Assembly (NCBI GenBank): GCA_027293415.1
Contig: JAPUFX010000066.1
Location: 9,779 to 73,778, forward strand
Reading direction: 5' to 3'
DNA from: Candidatus Methylomirabilota bacterium
GTDB lineage: Bacteria > Methylomirabilota > Methylomirabilia > Methylomirabilales > CSP1-5
Length of the DNA: 64,000 nucleotides
Shown piece after piece: positions 1 to 9,961 of the stretch (position 1 is its first letter; every line of letters starts with the position of its first letter). The notes under the pieces were generated by a model. The model did no database searches. It saw only the letters and a list, made by a program, of their open reading frames with translations, and was not told the DNA's origin. The translations under genes and the position numbers were made by a program.

Positions 1-1298
1 GCCGGTGCCCGGAGTGCGGGAGATGGGGCACTCTCGTGGAGGAGCGTCCCGTGGGAGACGGGCCGCGGGCGGGAGGAGTCCGCCATGCGTCCAGCACTCC
101 GCTTCCGATCACCGAGGTGCAAGGTCCCGCGCTCAGTCGAATCCCCACTGGATTTGCGGAGGTGGACCGAACCTTGGGGGGCGGGGTGATCCCGGGCTCG
201 GTGATTCTCGTCGGCGGCGACCCCGGCATCGGCAAGTCCACCCTCCTGCTTCAAGTCGCGGCCCGCATAGCGAGTCAGGGCCGCAAAGCCCTCTACGTCT
301 CGGGGGAAGAGTCGACCGAGCAGATCCGGGTCCGAGCGGAGCGGATCGGTGCCATGGCCTCCCAGCTCTATCTCGCCGCCGAGACGGGCCTCGAAGCGAT
401 CCTCGATCACGGGGAACGGATCCGGCCGGACTTCTTGGTGGTGGATTCCATTCAGACGACCTGTTCCGCGGCGCTCGAGTCACCGCCGGGCAGCATCAGT
501 CAGGTGCGCGAGATCGCAACCGGCCTCCTCACCTTGAGCAAGGAGCGGGGGATCAGTACGTGTCTTATCGGTCACGTCACCAAGGAGGGATCCTTCGCCG
601 GCCCCAAGGCTTTGGAGCACATCGTCGACACGGTGATTTATTTTGAAGGCGAGCGGCAATACACCTATCGGATTCTTCGGGTTACCAAGAACCGCTTCGG
701 CTCCACCAACGAAATCGGAGTGTTCGAGATGACCGAGGCCGGACTCACGGAGGTTGGCAATCCTTCCCGGGCCTTTCTGGCCGAACGATCCCAAGGAGTG
801 ATCGGCTCCGTGGTCGTGGCGACCATGGGGGGAACACGCCCGCTTCTGGTGGACATCCAAGCCCTGGTCGCCCCAACCCATGCCAGCGTTCCGCGGCGGG
901 TGGTGACGGGCGCCGATCTTCACCGGGTGGCAATTCTGTTGGCAGTCCTGGAAAAGCGGCTAGGGATGCCACTCTCCACCTGTGATGTGTTCGTCAATGT
1001 CGCCGGAGGGGTGCGGATCACCGAGCCGGCTGCAGACCTGGGTATCGTGGCGGCCGTGGCCAGTAGCTTCCGAAACATTCCTCTAGATGCTCACATGGTC
1101 TGCTTCGGTGAGGTCGGACTGACCGGAGAGATTCGGGCTGTCCGGCACGCGGCAAAGAGACTCCATGAGGCCCGGCAGCTCGGGTTTACCCGATGCCTTG
1201 TCCCCGAAACGAACGATGGTCGACAGGGGGAGGGAGGAGAGATAGAGGTCATTGGCTTAGGTACGGTGGACACCATGATGACCGTTCTCTTCCCGTGA
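1..1298 (+). CDS. radA: DNA repair protein RadA/Sms, 5' end outside window
   Basis: Frame 3 is open from the window edge. The first residues RCPECGRWGTLVEE are the end of the RadA zinc finger. Walker A GDPGIGKST, the KNRFG motif and a Lon-like C-terminal domain are present. The track GTG at 36 is internal. Confidence 0.95.
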   Translation, partial: RCPECGRWGTLVEERPVGDGPRAGGVRHASSTPLPITEVQGPALSRIPTGFAEVDRTLGGGVIPGSVILVGGDPGIGKSTLLLQVAARIASQGRKALYVSGEESTEQIRVRAERIGAMASQLYLAAETGLEAILDHGERIRPDFLVVDSIQTTCSAALESPPGSISQVREIATGLLTLSKERGISTCLIGHVTKEGSFAGPKALEHIVDTVIYFEGERQYTYRILRVTKNRFGSTNEIGVFEMTEAGLTEVGNPSRAFLAERSQGVIGSVVVATMGGTRPLLVDIQALVAPTHASVPRRVVTGADLHRVAILLAVLEKRLGMPLSTCDVFVNVAGGVRITEPAADLGIVAAVASSFRNIPLDAHMVCFGEVGLTGEIRAVRHAAKRLHEARQLGFTRCLVPETNDGRQGEGGEIEVIGLGTVDTMMTVLFP

Positions 1299-1313
1299 AT
1301 AGCAAAGAAAATT

Positions 1314-1342
1314 TTGACTGATTGATGGATTTTTGGTATCGT
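1314..1342 (+). promoter_or_regulatory. Candidate sigma70-type promoter for carD
   Basis: TTGACT (1314-1319), a 17-nt spacer, then TATCGT (1337-1342). It is followed by GAGGAG (1350-1355) and ATG 1362. Confidence 0.35.
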
Positions 1343-1361
1343 AGCCACAGAGGAGATCACG

Positions 1362-1853
1362 ATGCGGGAAATGTTCTCTGTCGGGAAGAAGGTCGTGTAT
1401 CCCACGCACGGGGTCGCCCTGATTGAGGCCATCGACGAAAAGGAAGTCTCGGGCTGTAGGCAGTCTTTTTATATATTACGAATGTTGGGTAACGATACCA
1501 CCATCATGATCCCGACCCATAATGCGAAGCGGGTCGGCCTCCGAGAGGTGATCGGTCGTTCGGAGATCCCACAGGTCATGGAAATTCTCCGACGGAAGGA
1601 TATCGAGATCTGCCCCAACTGGAATCGACGTTTTAAGGATAACTTGGAGCGGATCAAGTCCGGATCCCTCTACGAGATGGCATTAGTTTTCCGAAAGCTG
1701 GTCGTTCTCCAGAAGGAGCGGCATCTTTCCTTCGGCGAGAAGAAGATGCTCGAGAACGTCCGCCGGCTCATCGTCAGCGAGATCGCCCACGCCGCGGGGA
1801 TAGACCATGGAGAGGCGGACGGGATGGTCGAGAAAACCATCGCGACGGCGTGA
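1362..1853 (+). CDS. carD: CarD/CdnL-family RNA polymerase-binding transcription factor
   Basis: 163 aa. The N-terminus FSVGKKVVYPTHGVALIEAI is a CarD_TRCF-type RNAP-interacting domain. SD GAGGAG lies upstream. Confidence 0.85.
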   Translation: MREMFSVGKKVVYPTHGVALIEAIDEKEVSGCRQSFYILRMLGNDTTIMIPTHNAKRVGLREVIGRSEIPQVMEILRRKDIEICPNWNRRFKDNLERIKSGSLYEMALVFRKLVVLQKERHLSFGEKKMLENVRRLIVSEIAHAAGIDHGEADGMVEKTIATA

Positions 1854-1892
1854 GGTCGGGTGAGGGGGTGGTAGCTTCGCGGGAGGTGAATA

Positions 1893-2909
1893 GTGATATC
1901 AGCACAAGTTGTCAGGGGACTCTTCGTGGTCCTCTGCGGCCTTGTCGGCTTGGCGGCGGGATCGGTTTTCAAGTCCGAGAACCCGTATCTGCTCTTCGGT
2001 CTCGGCGGCGGGGTGGCCGCGGGCGTGGGCGCACTCCTCGTAGAGTGGGTCCTGAGACGAGTCCAGATCAAAGCCCTCATCAGCGGTATTATTGGTCTCT
2101 TTATCGGACTCTTTCTCGCCCGGTGGCTCCTCGACACTCTGGCGGTCCTCTTGGACCCCTTGGCCCAGCCGGTCCGGAGCTTCCTCGAGTTGCTCTTCAT
2201 GGTTGCCGTAGGCTACGTCGCTGCTGCAGTGGCAGTGGAGAAGGGAGGGGGACTCGGCATCCATGACCTGCTCCGTGCGGTGAAAGAGCAGCCTCGTTTC
2301 GAACGAAACAAGATCCTGGACACCTCGGTCATCATCGACGGCCGGATCGCCGACATCTGCGAGACGGGCTTCATGGAGGGGACGCTTATCATCCCTCAGT
2401 TTGTCCTCCGTGAGCTCCAGCACATCGCGGACTCTTCGGACCCGATCAAGCGGAATCGGGGACGGCGAGGATTAGACATCCTGCAAAAAATCCAGAAGAA
2501 TACCGATGTTCAGGTAAGGATCCACGACATGGACTTCCCGGACATCCGGGAGGTCGATGGCAAGTTGGTGGCTATGGCCAAAGCCCTCACGGCGAAGGTC
2601 GTAACCAACGATTTCAATTTGAATAAGGTAGCCGAACTCCATGGAGTGCCGGTGCTGAATATCAATGAACTGACGAATGCCCTCCGACCAGTGGTCCTTC
2701 CCGGCGAGGAGATCCGCATCTACGTGCTCAAGGAGGGGAAGGAGTACAACCAAGGGGTGGCATATCTGGATGATGGAACCATGGTCGTCATCGACAACGG
2801 CCGCCGGCACATCGGTCAGACCATCGATGTGTGTGTCACCTCGGTGCTCCAAACAACGGCGGGGCGGATGATTTTTTCCCGGCTCAAGGAAGAGGCCGAA
2901 GCTGCGTGA
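1893..2909 (+). CDS. Membrane-anchored PIN and TRAM domain protein (YacL-like)
   Basis: 338 aa. Hydrophobic N-terminal segments, a PIN-like core (ILDTSVIIDGRI...) and a TRAM-like C-terminus. Its position between radA and ispD matches Bacillus yacL. Confidence 0.75.
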   Translation: MISAQVVRGLFVVLCGLVGLAAGSVFKSENPYLLFGLGGGVAAGVGALLVEWVLRRVQIKALISGIIGLFIGLFLARWLLDTLAVLLDPLAQPVRSFLELLFMVAVGYVAAAVAVEKGGGLGIHDLLRAVKEQPRFERNKILDTSVIIDGRIADICETGFMEGTLIIPQFVLRELQHIADSSDPIKRNRGRRGLDILQKIQKNTDVQVRIHDMDFPDIREVDGKLVAMAKALTAKVVTNDFNLNKVAELHGVPVLNINELTNALRPVVLPGEEIRIYVLKEGKEYNQGVAYLDDGTMVVIDNGRRHIGQTIDVCVTSVLQTTAGRMIFSRLKEEAEAA

Positions 2910-2988
2910 CGTTGGAGTCCCCTGGTATCCGGCGTGAGTGATCGGCACGGGACGGGGTTTTATTTAAAGGTAGGTCGCAGAGCAGCTT

Positions 2989-3735
2989 ATGAGCGTGACG
3001 GCGATCGTGCCGGCCGCGGGCCTTGGCCGTCGAGTGGGAGGAGACGTCCCCAAGCAGTTCCGCCTCCTCAGAGGGATGCCCATCCTGACTCGGACCCTGC
3101 TGAACCTGACCACCTCGGGCCTCGTAGACAGGCTGATCTTGGTGGTGCCGCCTGGGACCGAGGACTGGTGCCAGAAAGAAATTATCACCCCCTATTCCCT
3201 TCCTCCCGTCATCGAAATTATCCCCGGAGGAGCCGAGCGGCAGGAGTCGGTCTTCCTGGGTCTGCAGAGGGCGACGGTGGGTACGGAACTCGTGGCGATC
3301 CATGACGCCGTTCGCCCGTTTATTTCATCCGATCTCCTTCGTCGGACCATCGAAGCAGCCCGGAGCTTTCGGGCAGCCGTGGCGGCGGTTCGGGCCACAG
3401 AGACGGTCAAAGTGGTGGAGAGCGGCTTCATTCAGCAGACCCCGTTCCGAGACCACCTCTGGATCGCCCAGACCCCTCAAATCTTTCAGCGAGATCTCAT
3501 CCAGGAGGGGGTGCGCCGAGCCGTGGCTGATGGGATTCATGGGACCGATGACGCCATGCTGGTAGAACGGCTCGGGGTCCCAGTCAAGGTCGTGGTGAGC
3601 TATCCTGAGAACATCAAAATTACGACCACCGAGGACCTAGAGCGGGCGGAACAGATCCTCAGCCGCTGGGAGGATGCGGGGTGCGGATCGGCATCGGTTA
3701 CGACATCCATCCCCTCGTCTCCGGACGCCCTCTGA
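2989..3735 (+). CDS. ispD: 2-C-methyl-D-erythritol 4-phosphate cytidylyltransferase
   Basis: N-terminus AIVPAAGLGRRVGGDVPKQF is the IspD signature. The 3' end overlaps ispF by 55 nt in another frame. Confidence 0.9.
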   Translation: MSVTAIVPAAGLGRRVGGDVPKQFRLLRGMPILTRTLLNLTTSGLVDRLILVVPPGTEDWCQKEIITPYSLPPVIEIIPGGAERQESVFLGLQRATVGTELVAIHDAVRPFISSDLLRRTIEAARSFRAAVAAVRATETVKVVESGFIQQTPFRDHLWIAQTPQIFQRDLIQEGVRRAVADGIHGTDDAMLVERLGVPVKVVVSYPENIKITTTEDLERAEQILSRWEDAGCGSASVTTSIPSSPDAL

Positions 3736-4157
3736 TTTTGGGGGGGGTCGAGATCCTGTACGAAAAGGGGCTCGACGGCCACTCAGACGCCGACGTCCTG
3801 ACGCATTCCGTGATCGATGCGGTGCTCGGGGCTGCGGGCGAAGGGGATATCGGTCACCACTTTGGGGTGAGTGATCCTCAATACCGCGACGTACGCAGTC
3901 TTCATCTCCTCGAGGAGAGCTGGCACCGGGTGAAAGCGAAAGGCTTCCGCATTGGCAACGTTGATGTGACGGTGGTGGCCGAAGCACCCCGTTTGGCCCC
4001 GCATCTGGCAGGCATGGCGGCCAACGTGTCCCAGGCATTAGAAGTAGAGACAGCCCGAATCAACATTAAGCCGACCACGGCTAAAGGTCTGGGCCCACTC
4101 GGATCCGGTGAGGGGATCGCCTGCCTCGCTGTTGTCCTCCTGGTGGAGGAGGGTTAA
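3681..4157 (+). CDS. ispF: 2-C-methyl-D-erythritol 2,4-cyclodiphosphate synthase
   Basis: MRIGIGYDIHPL...GHSDADVLTHSVIDA is the canonical IspF sequence. GTG start. Confidence 0.93.
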   Translation: MRIGIGYDIHPLVSGRPLILGGVEILYEKGLDGHSDADVLTHSVIDAVLGAAGEGDIGHHFGVSDPQYRDVRSLHLLEESWHRVKAKGFRIGNVDVTVVAEAPRLAPHLAGMAANVSQALEVETARINIKPTTAKGLGPLGSGEGIACLAVVLLVEEG

Positions 4158-4179
4158 AGGGCGCGCGTGAGCGAGTGGG

Positions 4180-5667
4180 ATGCGAATCTATAACACCCAA
4201 AGCCGACAAAAGGAGCTTTTCAAGCCGCTGACACCCGGGCAGGTCCGCATGTATGTCTGCGGGATTACGGCGTACGACCTCAGCCACATCGGCCATGCCC
4301 GGTCCGCGCTCGTCTTCGATGTGATCCGCCGGTACTTAGAATTCAAGGGGTACGAGGTTAGATTCATCCACAACTTCACGGATGTGGATGACAAAATTAT
4401 CAAAAAGGCGGAACAGAGGGGTGCTTCGGCAGGGGAAATATCCGAAGAGTACATCGCCGAGTACCAGAAGGATATGGAGAGGCTCGGGATCCTTCCCGCC
4501 ACGGTCGAGCCCAAGGCCACGGAGTACATTCCCCAAATGATCGCGCTGATCGAGCGACTTGTTGCCCGGGGCTTCGCCTACATCGTCGACGGCGATGTCT
4601 ATTTTGAGGTCAGGCGGTTCCCTCCGTACGGACGCCTGTCGGGGAAGAACCTTGACGAACTGCTGGCCGGCGCGCGTGTGGAGGTAGACGAGCGCAAGCG
4701 GGATCCGCACGACTTCGCGCTCTGGAAATCGGCAAAACCGGGCGAGCCATCGTGGGAGAGCCCATGGGGTCCAGGACGGCCGGGCTGGCACATCGAATGT
4801 TCGGCCATGTCGATGGAGCACCTCGGCGAGTCCTTTGACATCCATGGCGGCGGCGAAGACCTAATATTCCCGCACCACGATTGCGAGATCGCGCAGTCCG
4901 AGGCCGTGACGGACAAGCCCTTCGTCCGTTACTGGATCCATAATGGGTTCGTCCAGATCAACCAAGAGAAGATGTCCAAGTCCCTCGGTAATTTTTTTAC
5001 GGTCCGCGAGATTTTTGAAAAATCGCCGTATGGGGCTCCCGTCACGGCCGAGGCGCTCCGGTATTTTCTTGTCGGCACCCATTATCGAAGCCCGCTGGAT
5101 TTTTCCGATGACGGCTTGTGGGAGGCCAAACGTGCGCTGGACAGGTTCTACGACCTGTTTGTACGTCTTGACGAGTCGTCCGCAGCGAAAGGACCAGGGG
5201 ATAGGCTGTTACTATCGTTGCTTGAGCAGTTCGGCGGAGCGTTTCGCCAGGCAATGGATGATGACTTCAACACCCCAGCAGCTATTGCACAGCTCCAGGT
5301 TCTGCGCGGCGAGATGAACCGTTTGTTGGAGACCGGATTGTCCAAGGAGGCATGCGAAAGCGCGCGCGAGGAGTTTCGATCATTCGGTCGGGTGCTTGGT
5401 CTACTTCAGTTGTCGTTCCGAGAATGGGAGTTTGGGATCGTGGTCCGACCGCACACGGCTGATGTTGTCGTCGTGGGAGAGGAAGTGGAGCTGAGGCTAA
5501 GTAAGGAGTCTCTGACCGATGAAGAGATCGAGCGGCAGGTTGCCGAACGAAACGAAGCGCGGAGAAGAAAAGATTTCAAGAAGGCGGATGATATTCGGGC
5601 AGAGCTCGCCTCGTTCGGGATTACGATAGAGGATCGGCCAGATGGTACCAGCCGGTGGAAACGATGA
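4180..5667 (+). CDS. cysS: Cysteine--tRNA ligase
   Basis: 495 aa. HIGH-type motif (LSHIGHARS) and KMSKS are present. Confidence 0.95.
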   Translation: MRIYNTQSRQKELFKPLTPGQVRMYVCGITAYDLSHIGHARSALVFDVIRRYLEFKGYEVRFIHNFTDVDDKIIKKAEQRGASAGEISEEYIAEYQKDMERLGILPATVEPKATEYIPQMIALIERLVARGFAYIVDGDVYFEVRRFPPYGRLSGKNLDELLAGARVEVDERKRDPHDFALWKSAKPGEPSWESPWGPGRPGWHIECSAMSMEHLGESFDIHGGGEDLIFPHHDCEIAQSEAVTDKPFVRYWIHNGFVQINQEKMSKSLGNFFTVREIFEKSPYGAPVTAEALRYFLVGTHYRSPLDFSDDGLWEAKRALDRFYDLFVRLDESSAAKGPGDRLLLSLLEQFGGAFRQAMDDDFNTPAAIAQLQVLRGEMNRLLETGLSKEACESAREEFRSFGRVLGLLQLSFREWEFGIVVRPHTADVVVVGEEVELRLSKESLTDEEIERQVAERNEARRRKDFKKADDIRAELASFGITIEDRPDGTSRWKR

Positions 5668-6421
5668 CGCACGCGAGGTCATATATGGCCTCCGTGCTGT
5701 ACGGGAAGCGCTTCGAGCAGGGACCCGACCGCTTTTGCGGATTCTGGTCTTGCGACAGGATCGTCAATTTGCGGATCTCGCCCGGCTGGCTCGAACCGCG
5801 CGGATCCCCGTCCACATCGAGCCAAAGCAGGTACTAGATCGGCTCGTACCGGGAGGCAAACATCAAGGTGTTATCGGGGTCGTGGCAGCCAAGCGGTATG
5901 CCGATCCCCTGGACATCGTGCGGTACGCGCATCGACGCGGCGAGCCGCCGTTTCTCGTCATCCTGGACGGGGTGGAGGATCCGCACAATCTCGGTGCAGT
6001 GATTCGGACCGCCGAGGCCGTGGGGGTGCACGGCGTGGTTCTCCCCGAACGGCGCGCCGTCGGCCTCACGGGGACCGTAGCCAAAGCGTCAGCCGGGGCC
6101 CTGGAGCACGTTCGGGTCGCCCGGACACCCAATCTCTCGCGTGTGATCGAGAGTCTAAGGGCTGAGGGGCTTTGGATCTTTGCGCTGGATCACCGTGCTT
6201 CAAAGCCATACACGGCGCTGGACCTCACTGGTCCTATCGCGTTGGTTTTAGGAGGCGAAGGCAAAGGCATTCGGCCCGGCGTGCTGGACAAATGTGACGA
6301 TAGCGCCAGCATTCCGATGCAAGGGCGTGTCGAGTCGCTGAATGTGAGTGTTGCCGGTGCAGTCCTGATGTACGAGGTGCTCCGACAACGGATGCTTCAA
6401 GCGAAAATTCAAGAAAAGTAG
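5642..6421 (+). CDS. rlmB: 23S rRNA 2'-O-ribose methyltransferase, SpoU/TrmH family (RlmB-like)
   Basis: 259 aa. SpoU substrate-binding N-terminus (IYGLRAVREAL) and C-terminal SpoU motifs (LVLGGEGKGIR, ESLNVSVA). Overlaps the cysS end by 26 nt. Confidence 0.85.
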   Translation: MVPAGGNDDAREVIYGLRAVREALRAGTRPLLRILVLRQDRQFADLARLARTARIPVHIEPKQVLDRLVPGGKHQGVIGVVAAKRYADPLDIVRYAHRRGEPPFLVILDGVEDPHNLGAVIRTAEAVGVHGVVLPERRAVGLTGTVAKASAGALEHVRVARTPNLSRVIESLRAEGLWIFALDHRASKPYTALDLTGPIALVLGGEGKGIRPGVLDKCDDSASIPMQGRVESLNVSVAGAVLMYEVLRQRMLQAKIQEK

Positions 6422-6514
6422 CGAATATTGGCATGAGTATTGCTAAGCCGTGCTCCGCCAGCTGTAAGACGTTTTATTTCAAACCTTCCCGTGTTGAGTG
6501 GTGAAAATTACCCT

Positions 6515-6543
6515 TTACTTTTCGCTATAAGTGTATCACTATA
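6515..6543 (+). promoter_or_regulatory. Candidate promoter for the tRNA cluster
   Basis: TTACTT (6515-6520), a 17-nt spacer, then ACTATA (6538-6543), about 10 nt before the tRNA-Thr 5' end. Weak match. Confidence 0.25.
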
Positions 6544-6553
6544 GGGGATTGCG

Positions 6554-6629
6554 GCTGGCGTAGCTCAGCAGGTAGAGCAGCTGATTTGTAATCAGCGGGT
6601 CGGGGGTTCGAATCCTCTCGCCAGCTCCA
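6554..6629 (+). tRNA. tRNA-Thr (anticodon UGU)
   Basis: Acceptor stem gctggcg/cgccagc, anticodon stem gctga/tcagc with loop tt-TGT-aa, T-loop GGTTCGAATCC, and encoded CCA. Confidence 0.93.
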
Positions 6630-6709
6630 CGGAGGATGGGAGTCGAGAAATGAGCACGGAGAGCGAAGGCTTGCCCATTCGCTCTCCGCTCAGTGCGCTG
6701 GCCGAATGC

Positions 6710-6795
6710 GGGGAGATACCCAAGCGGCCAACGGGGGCAGACTGTAAATCTGCTGGCGCACGCCTACGGGGGTTCGAATCCTCCTCTCCCCACCA
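6710..6795 (+). tRNA. tRNA-Tyr (anticodon GUA)
   Basis: Acceptor stem ggggaga/tctcccc, anticodon loop ct-GTA-aa, a long variable arm, T-loop GGTTCGAATCC, and CCA. Confidence 0.92.
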
Positions 6796-6909
6796 CCATA
6801 TGAATGATTAAGAGGCAGCCCGAGGTTCTCAGGACGAGAGCACCCAAACGGGAAGGGCCATTTGGAGGCTTGAGAGCGCTGTTTCGTTCGGGGTTATACG
6901 CCTTGGGAT

Positions 6910-6984
6910 GCGGGAATAGCTCAGTGGTAGAGCGCGAGCCTTCCAAGCTCGGGGTCGCGGGTTCGAATCCCGTTTCCCGCTCCA
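6910..6984 (+). tRNA. tRNA-Gly (anticodon UCC)
   Basis: Acceptor stem gcgggaa/ttcccgc, anticodon loop ct-TCC-aa, T-loop GGTTCGAATCC, and CCA. Confidence 0.93.
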
Positions 6985-7058
6985 GCCCGTTTCCATCCCG
7001 GAAAAACGACTCACGGACGGCGGGGGCGCACGGGCCTCACCGAGGCACCTCGAGGAGG

Positions 7059-8318
7059 GTGCGTCCTTGGTGTGTGGTTATCAGCGTCGGGTTCCTCTGC
7101 ACGGGGGTTCCGTTGGCCGCCCAGGCGGTTCCGCTGGCCACTCGGGATGTCGCCACGCATAATCAACGAGGGGTGGAACTCAGTGCCAAGGGGGAGCATC
7201 GCGAGGCGATTGCCGAGTTTGAAAGAGCCTTAAGCCTCGCCCCATCCCATCCGGTGGTCCGGCGGAATCTGGCTCATGCGCACGGAAATCGTGCCGCCCT
7301 GCTGCTTCGGGAGCAGGCCTTCCAGGAGGCGGCGGATCAGTACCAGGCGGCGATTGAGCTGTCACCAAAGGAGCAACGATTTTACGTGGGGCTCGGGGTG
7401 GCTTTTCTCGCCCTCCGGGAGATGCCCCAGGCCGTGGAGGTTTTCAGGCAGGCCCGCGATCTCGACCCACAGAATGTAGAAGTCTATCGGTATCTGGGGG
7501 AGACCTATTACCGACAGGGGGATCCCAAGGAGGCAGTGAGGACCTGGGAAGAAGGGCTGAGAATCCGCCCTGGGGATCAGGAGCTCGAACGGCGTATCGC
7601 CCAAGTCGAAGGGGAACGGCAGGTTCACGAAAGGTACGAGCACCAGACCGGGCACCACTTTGCCCTCCGGTACGTGGGTGAGGTTCCCGAAGAGCTGGGT
7701 GGGGAGATCCTCGAGCTACTGGAACAGGCGTACGACGAGGTGGGGTACGACCTGAACCACTATCCCCAGGACACGGTTGAGGTCATTATCTATTCCGATG
7801 CCGACTTTCAACGGGTCACTCATCTGCCGGGATGGGTTTCTGCGGCATTTGAAGAACGGGGGAGTCGGATCCGCATTCCCATCCGGGGGATCAGGCAGGG
7901 CACAGATCTTCGAGCGCTGTTGTACCATGAATACACCCATGTGGTCATTCGGGACGTTACGGGTGGGAAGGTCCCCACCTGGTTGAATGAGGGATTGGCC
8001 CTGATAGAGCAGCGGACTCCTTTGGATGGCGCGGTCGGGACGGTCCGGCAACTGGCGGACGAGAAGAAACTCCCCTCGTTGGGTGCCCTGAATGGCTCCT
8101 TTGTGAAACTCACAGGGCCGGAGGCGAGTGTTGCCTACGCCGTCAGTTATACGGCCGCCAAATTTCTCATCGAGCGGTGGAGCCGCTGGGACGCGCAGCG
8201 ACTCCTTCGACAGCTCGGCGAGGGGTTGCCCTTTGAAGAAGCGCTGGAGGAGACCACTCGACTGACGCTACCGGAGTTCGAGCAAGAATGGCGCGAATGG
8301 CTCGTTAGGGGATATTGA
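7059..8318 (+). CDS. Secreted TPR-repeat protein with C-terminal MA-clan zinc-peptidase-like domain
   Basis: Signal-like segment WCVVISVGFLCTGVPLAAQA, TPR-like repeats, then HEYTH (HExxH) followed by NEGLA. The track ORF start 6804 runs through tRNA-Gly, so the start was moved to in-frame GTG 7059 (alternative 7074). The start is uncertain. Confidence 0.7.
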   Translation: MRPWCVVISVGFLCTGVPLAAQAVPLATRDVATHNQRGVELSAKGEHREAIAEFERALSLAPSHPVVRRNLAHAHGNRAALLLREQAFQEAADQYQAAIELSPKEQRFYVGLGVAFLALREMPQAVEVFRQARDLDPQNVEVYRYLGETYYRQGDPKEAVRTWEEGLRIRPGDQELERRIAQVEGERQVHERYEHQTGHHFALRYVGEVPEELGGEILELLEQAYDEVGYDLNHYPQDTVEVIIYSDADFQRVTHLPGWVSAAFEERGSRIRIPIRGIRQGTDLRALLYHEYTHVVIRDVTGGKVPTWLNEGLALIEQRTPLDGAVGTVRQLADEKKLPSLGALNGSFVKLTGPEASVAYAVSYTAAKFLIERWSRWDAQRLLRQLGEGLPFEEALEETTRLTLPEFEQEWREWLVRGY

Positions 8319-8412
8319 TTAAGGTGGTAATGCTTCAGGAGGAGAGTCAGAGAGAGAGATAAGGGGCCGGCAGTCCGTCTGTAGGAAACGGATCATCCCG
8401 GATCGTTCCGGG

Positions 8413-8488
<76 letters not shown>

Positions 8489-8540
8489 CAACCTTCATTC
8501 ATTCGGATGTGGATGCAGCGGGGAAAGGGGGGCATCACCC

Positions 8541-9722
8541 ATGGCGAAGCAAAAATTCGCGCGGACCAAAGAGCATGTGAACGTTGGAACCATTGGGCAC
8601 ATTGACCACGGCAAGACAACGCTGACGGCGGCCATCACGAAATGTCTGCATGCGCAGAATCCCCAGGTTCAGTTCGTCCCCTTCGACCAGATCGACAAGG
8701 CCCCGGAGGAGAAGGAGCGAGGAATCACCATCGCCATAGCCCATGTGGAGTACGAGACGGCGAAGCGGCACTACGCTCATGTCGACTGTCCAGGGCACGT
8801 GGACTACATCAAGAACATGATCACGGGGGCGGCACAGATGGACGGGGCGATCCTCGTGGTGGCGGCCAATGACGGACCGATGCCCCAGACGCGGGAACAC
8901 ATCCTGCTGGCGCGGCAGGTGAACGTCCCGAGCCTGGTGGTCTTCCTGAACAAGGTGGACATGGTAGATGACCCGGAACTCCTCGAACTCGTCGAGCTGG
9001 AGCTCCAAGAGCTGCTGAGTCATTATGGCTTTCTGGGGGACCAGATCCCGATCGTCAGGGGAAGCGCGCTCAAGGCGTTGGAGACGGGTGAATGTCAGAG
9101 CATCCTCGAGCTCATGGAGGCAGTGGATAGCTACATCCCGCTCCCCGCGCGACCGATCGATAAGCCCTTCCAGATGCCGATCGAGGATGTCTTCACCATC
9201 TCGGGCCGAGGGACTGTGGTGACCGGTCGGATAGAGCGGGGGGTCATCAAGGTGGGAGAAGAGGTCCAGATCGTGGGCATCCGGGAGACCGAGAAGACCG
9301 TGGTGACCGGGGTGGAGATGTTCCGGAAGACCCTGGACCAGGGGCAAGCGGGTGATAACGTGGGTCTGCTTTTGCGGGGGACCAAGCGGGAGGAGGTGGA
9401 GCGGGGGCAAGTAGTGGCCAAGCCCGGCTCGATCACCCCCCACATCAAGTTCCAGGCGGAGTGCTACGTCCTGACCAAGGAGGAGGGGGGACGGCACACT
9501 CCCTTCTTCTCGGGGTACCGGCCCCAGTTTTATTTCCGGACCACGGACGTGACGGGGGTCGCCAGCCTGCCAGAAGGCGTTGAGATGGTGATGCCGGGAG
9601 ACAACGTGCGCCTCAGCATAGAGCTGATCCAGCCGATCGCCCTCGAGAAGGAGCTGCGGTTTGCCATCCGGGAGGGGGGCAAGACCGTAGGCGCGGGCGT
9701 CGTGAGTGAGATGGTCGGGTAG
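8541..9722 (+). CDS. tuf: Elongation factor Tu
   Basis: 393 aa. [14 protein letters not shown] and NKVD GTPase motifs. Confidence 0.98.
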   Translation: MAKQKFARTKEHVNVGTIGHIDHGKTTLTAAITKCLHAQNPQVQFVPFDQIDKAPEEKERGITIAIAHVEYETAKRHYAHVDCPGHVDYIKNMITGAAQMDGAILVVAANDGPMPQTREHILLARQVNVPSLVVFLNKVDMVDDPELLELVELELQELLSHYGFLGDQIPIVRGSALKALETGECQSILELMEAVDSYIPLPARPIDKPFQMPIEDVFTISGRGTVVTGRIERGVIKVGEEVQIVGIRETEKTVVTGVEMFRKTLDQGQAGDNVGLLLRGTKREEVERGQVVAKPGSITPHIKFQAECYVLTKEEGGRHTPFFSGYRPQFYFRTTDVTGVASLPEGVEMVMPGDNVRLSIELIQPIALEKELRFAIREGGKTVGAGVVSEMVG

Positions 9723-9732
9723 CAACCAGGGG

Positions 9733-9801
9733 TCTGCAGCCAGTAGCCAGCTTGGGGATCCAAAAGCTGACTGCCGAAAGCTGATGGCGGACAGCTGCCA
9801 G
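9733..9801. repeat. Heptad inverted repeat, class B (GCTGAYR words)
   Basis: Left arm ctgcagccagtagccagctt, right arm aagctgactgccgaaagctgatggcggacagctgccag. The inner helix is CAGCTT/AAGCTG. Confidence 0.6.
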
Positions 9802-9811
9802 TGAGAAGAAC

Positions 9812-9961
9812 ATGCGAGAGATCATCGCCTTAGGCTGCACGGATTGCAAGCGTCGCAACTATTCGACGACGAAAAATAAGAAAAATACACCGGACCGGCT
9901 GGAGCGGAAGAAATATTGTCGGTGGTGTCGGAAGCACACCACCCACAAAGAAGTCAGGTAG
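9812..9961 (+). CDS. rpmG: 50S ribosomal protein L33 (zinc-ribbon form)
   Basis: Hand-translated 49 aa: [49 protein letters not shown]. Below the ORF-track size cutoff. Confidence 0.9.
   Translation: MREIIALGCTDCKRRNYSTTKNKKNTPDRLERKKYCRWCRKHTTHKEVR

Noticed and set aside
6804-7058. N-terminal 85 codons of track ORF 6804..8318.
   Set aside because: This part reads straight through tRNA-Gly (6910-6984). The signal peptide and an SD-like GAGGAGG occur only after position 7050, so the start was moved downstream.
8535-9725. 396-aa minus-strand ORF exactly opposite tuf. Similar long antisense ORFs lie at 19871-21427 opposite rpoC, 18056-18985 opposite rpoC, 28722-29867 opposite rpsC/rplP, 58451-59563 opposite purS/purQ, 60059-61291 opposite purL, and 23697-24653 opposite fusA.
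   Set aside because: These are shadow ORFs, typical of GC-rich DNA. Each mirrors a strongly recognisable conserved gene on the + strand, has low-complexity Arg/Pro/Gly-rich translations, and shows no motifs.
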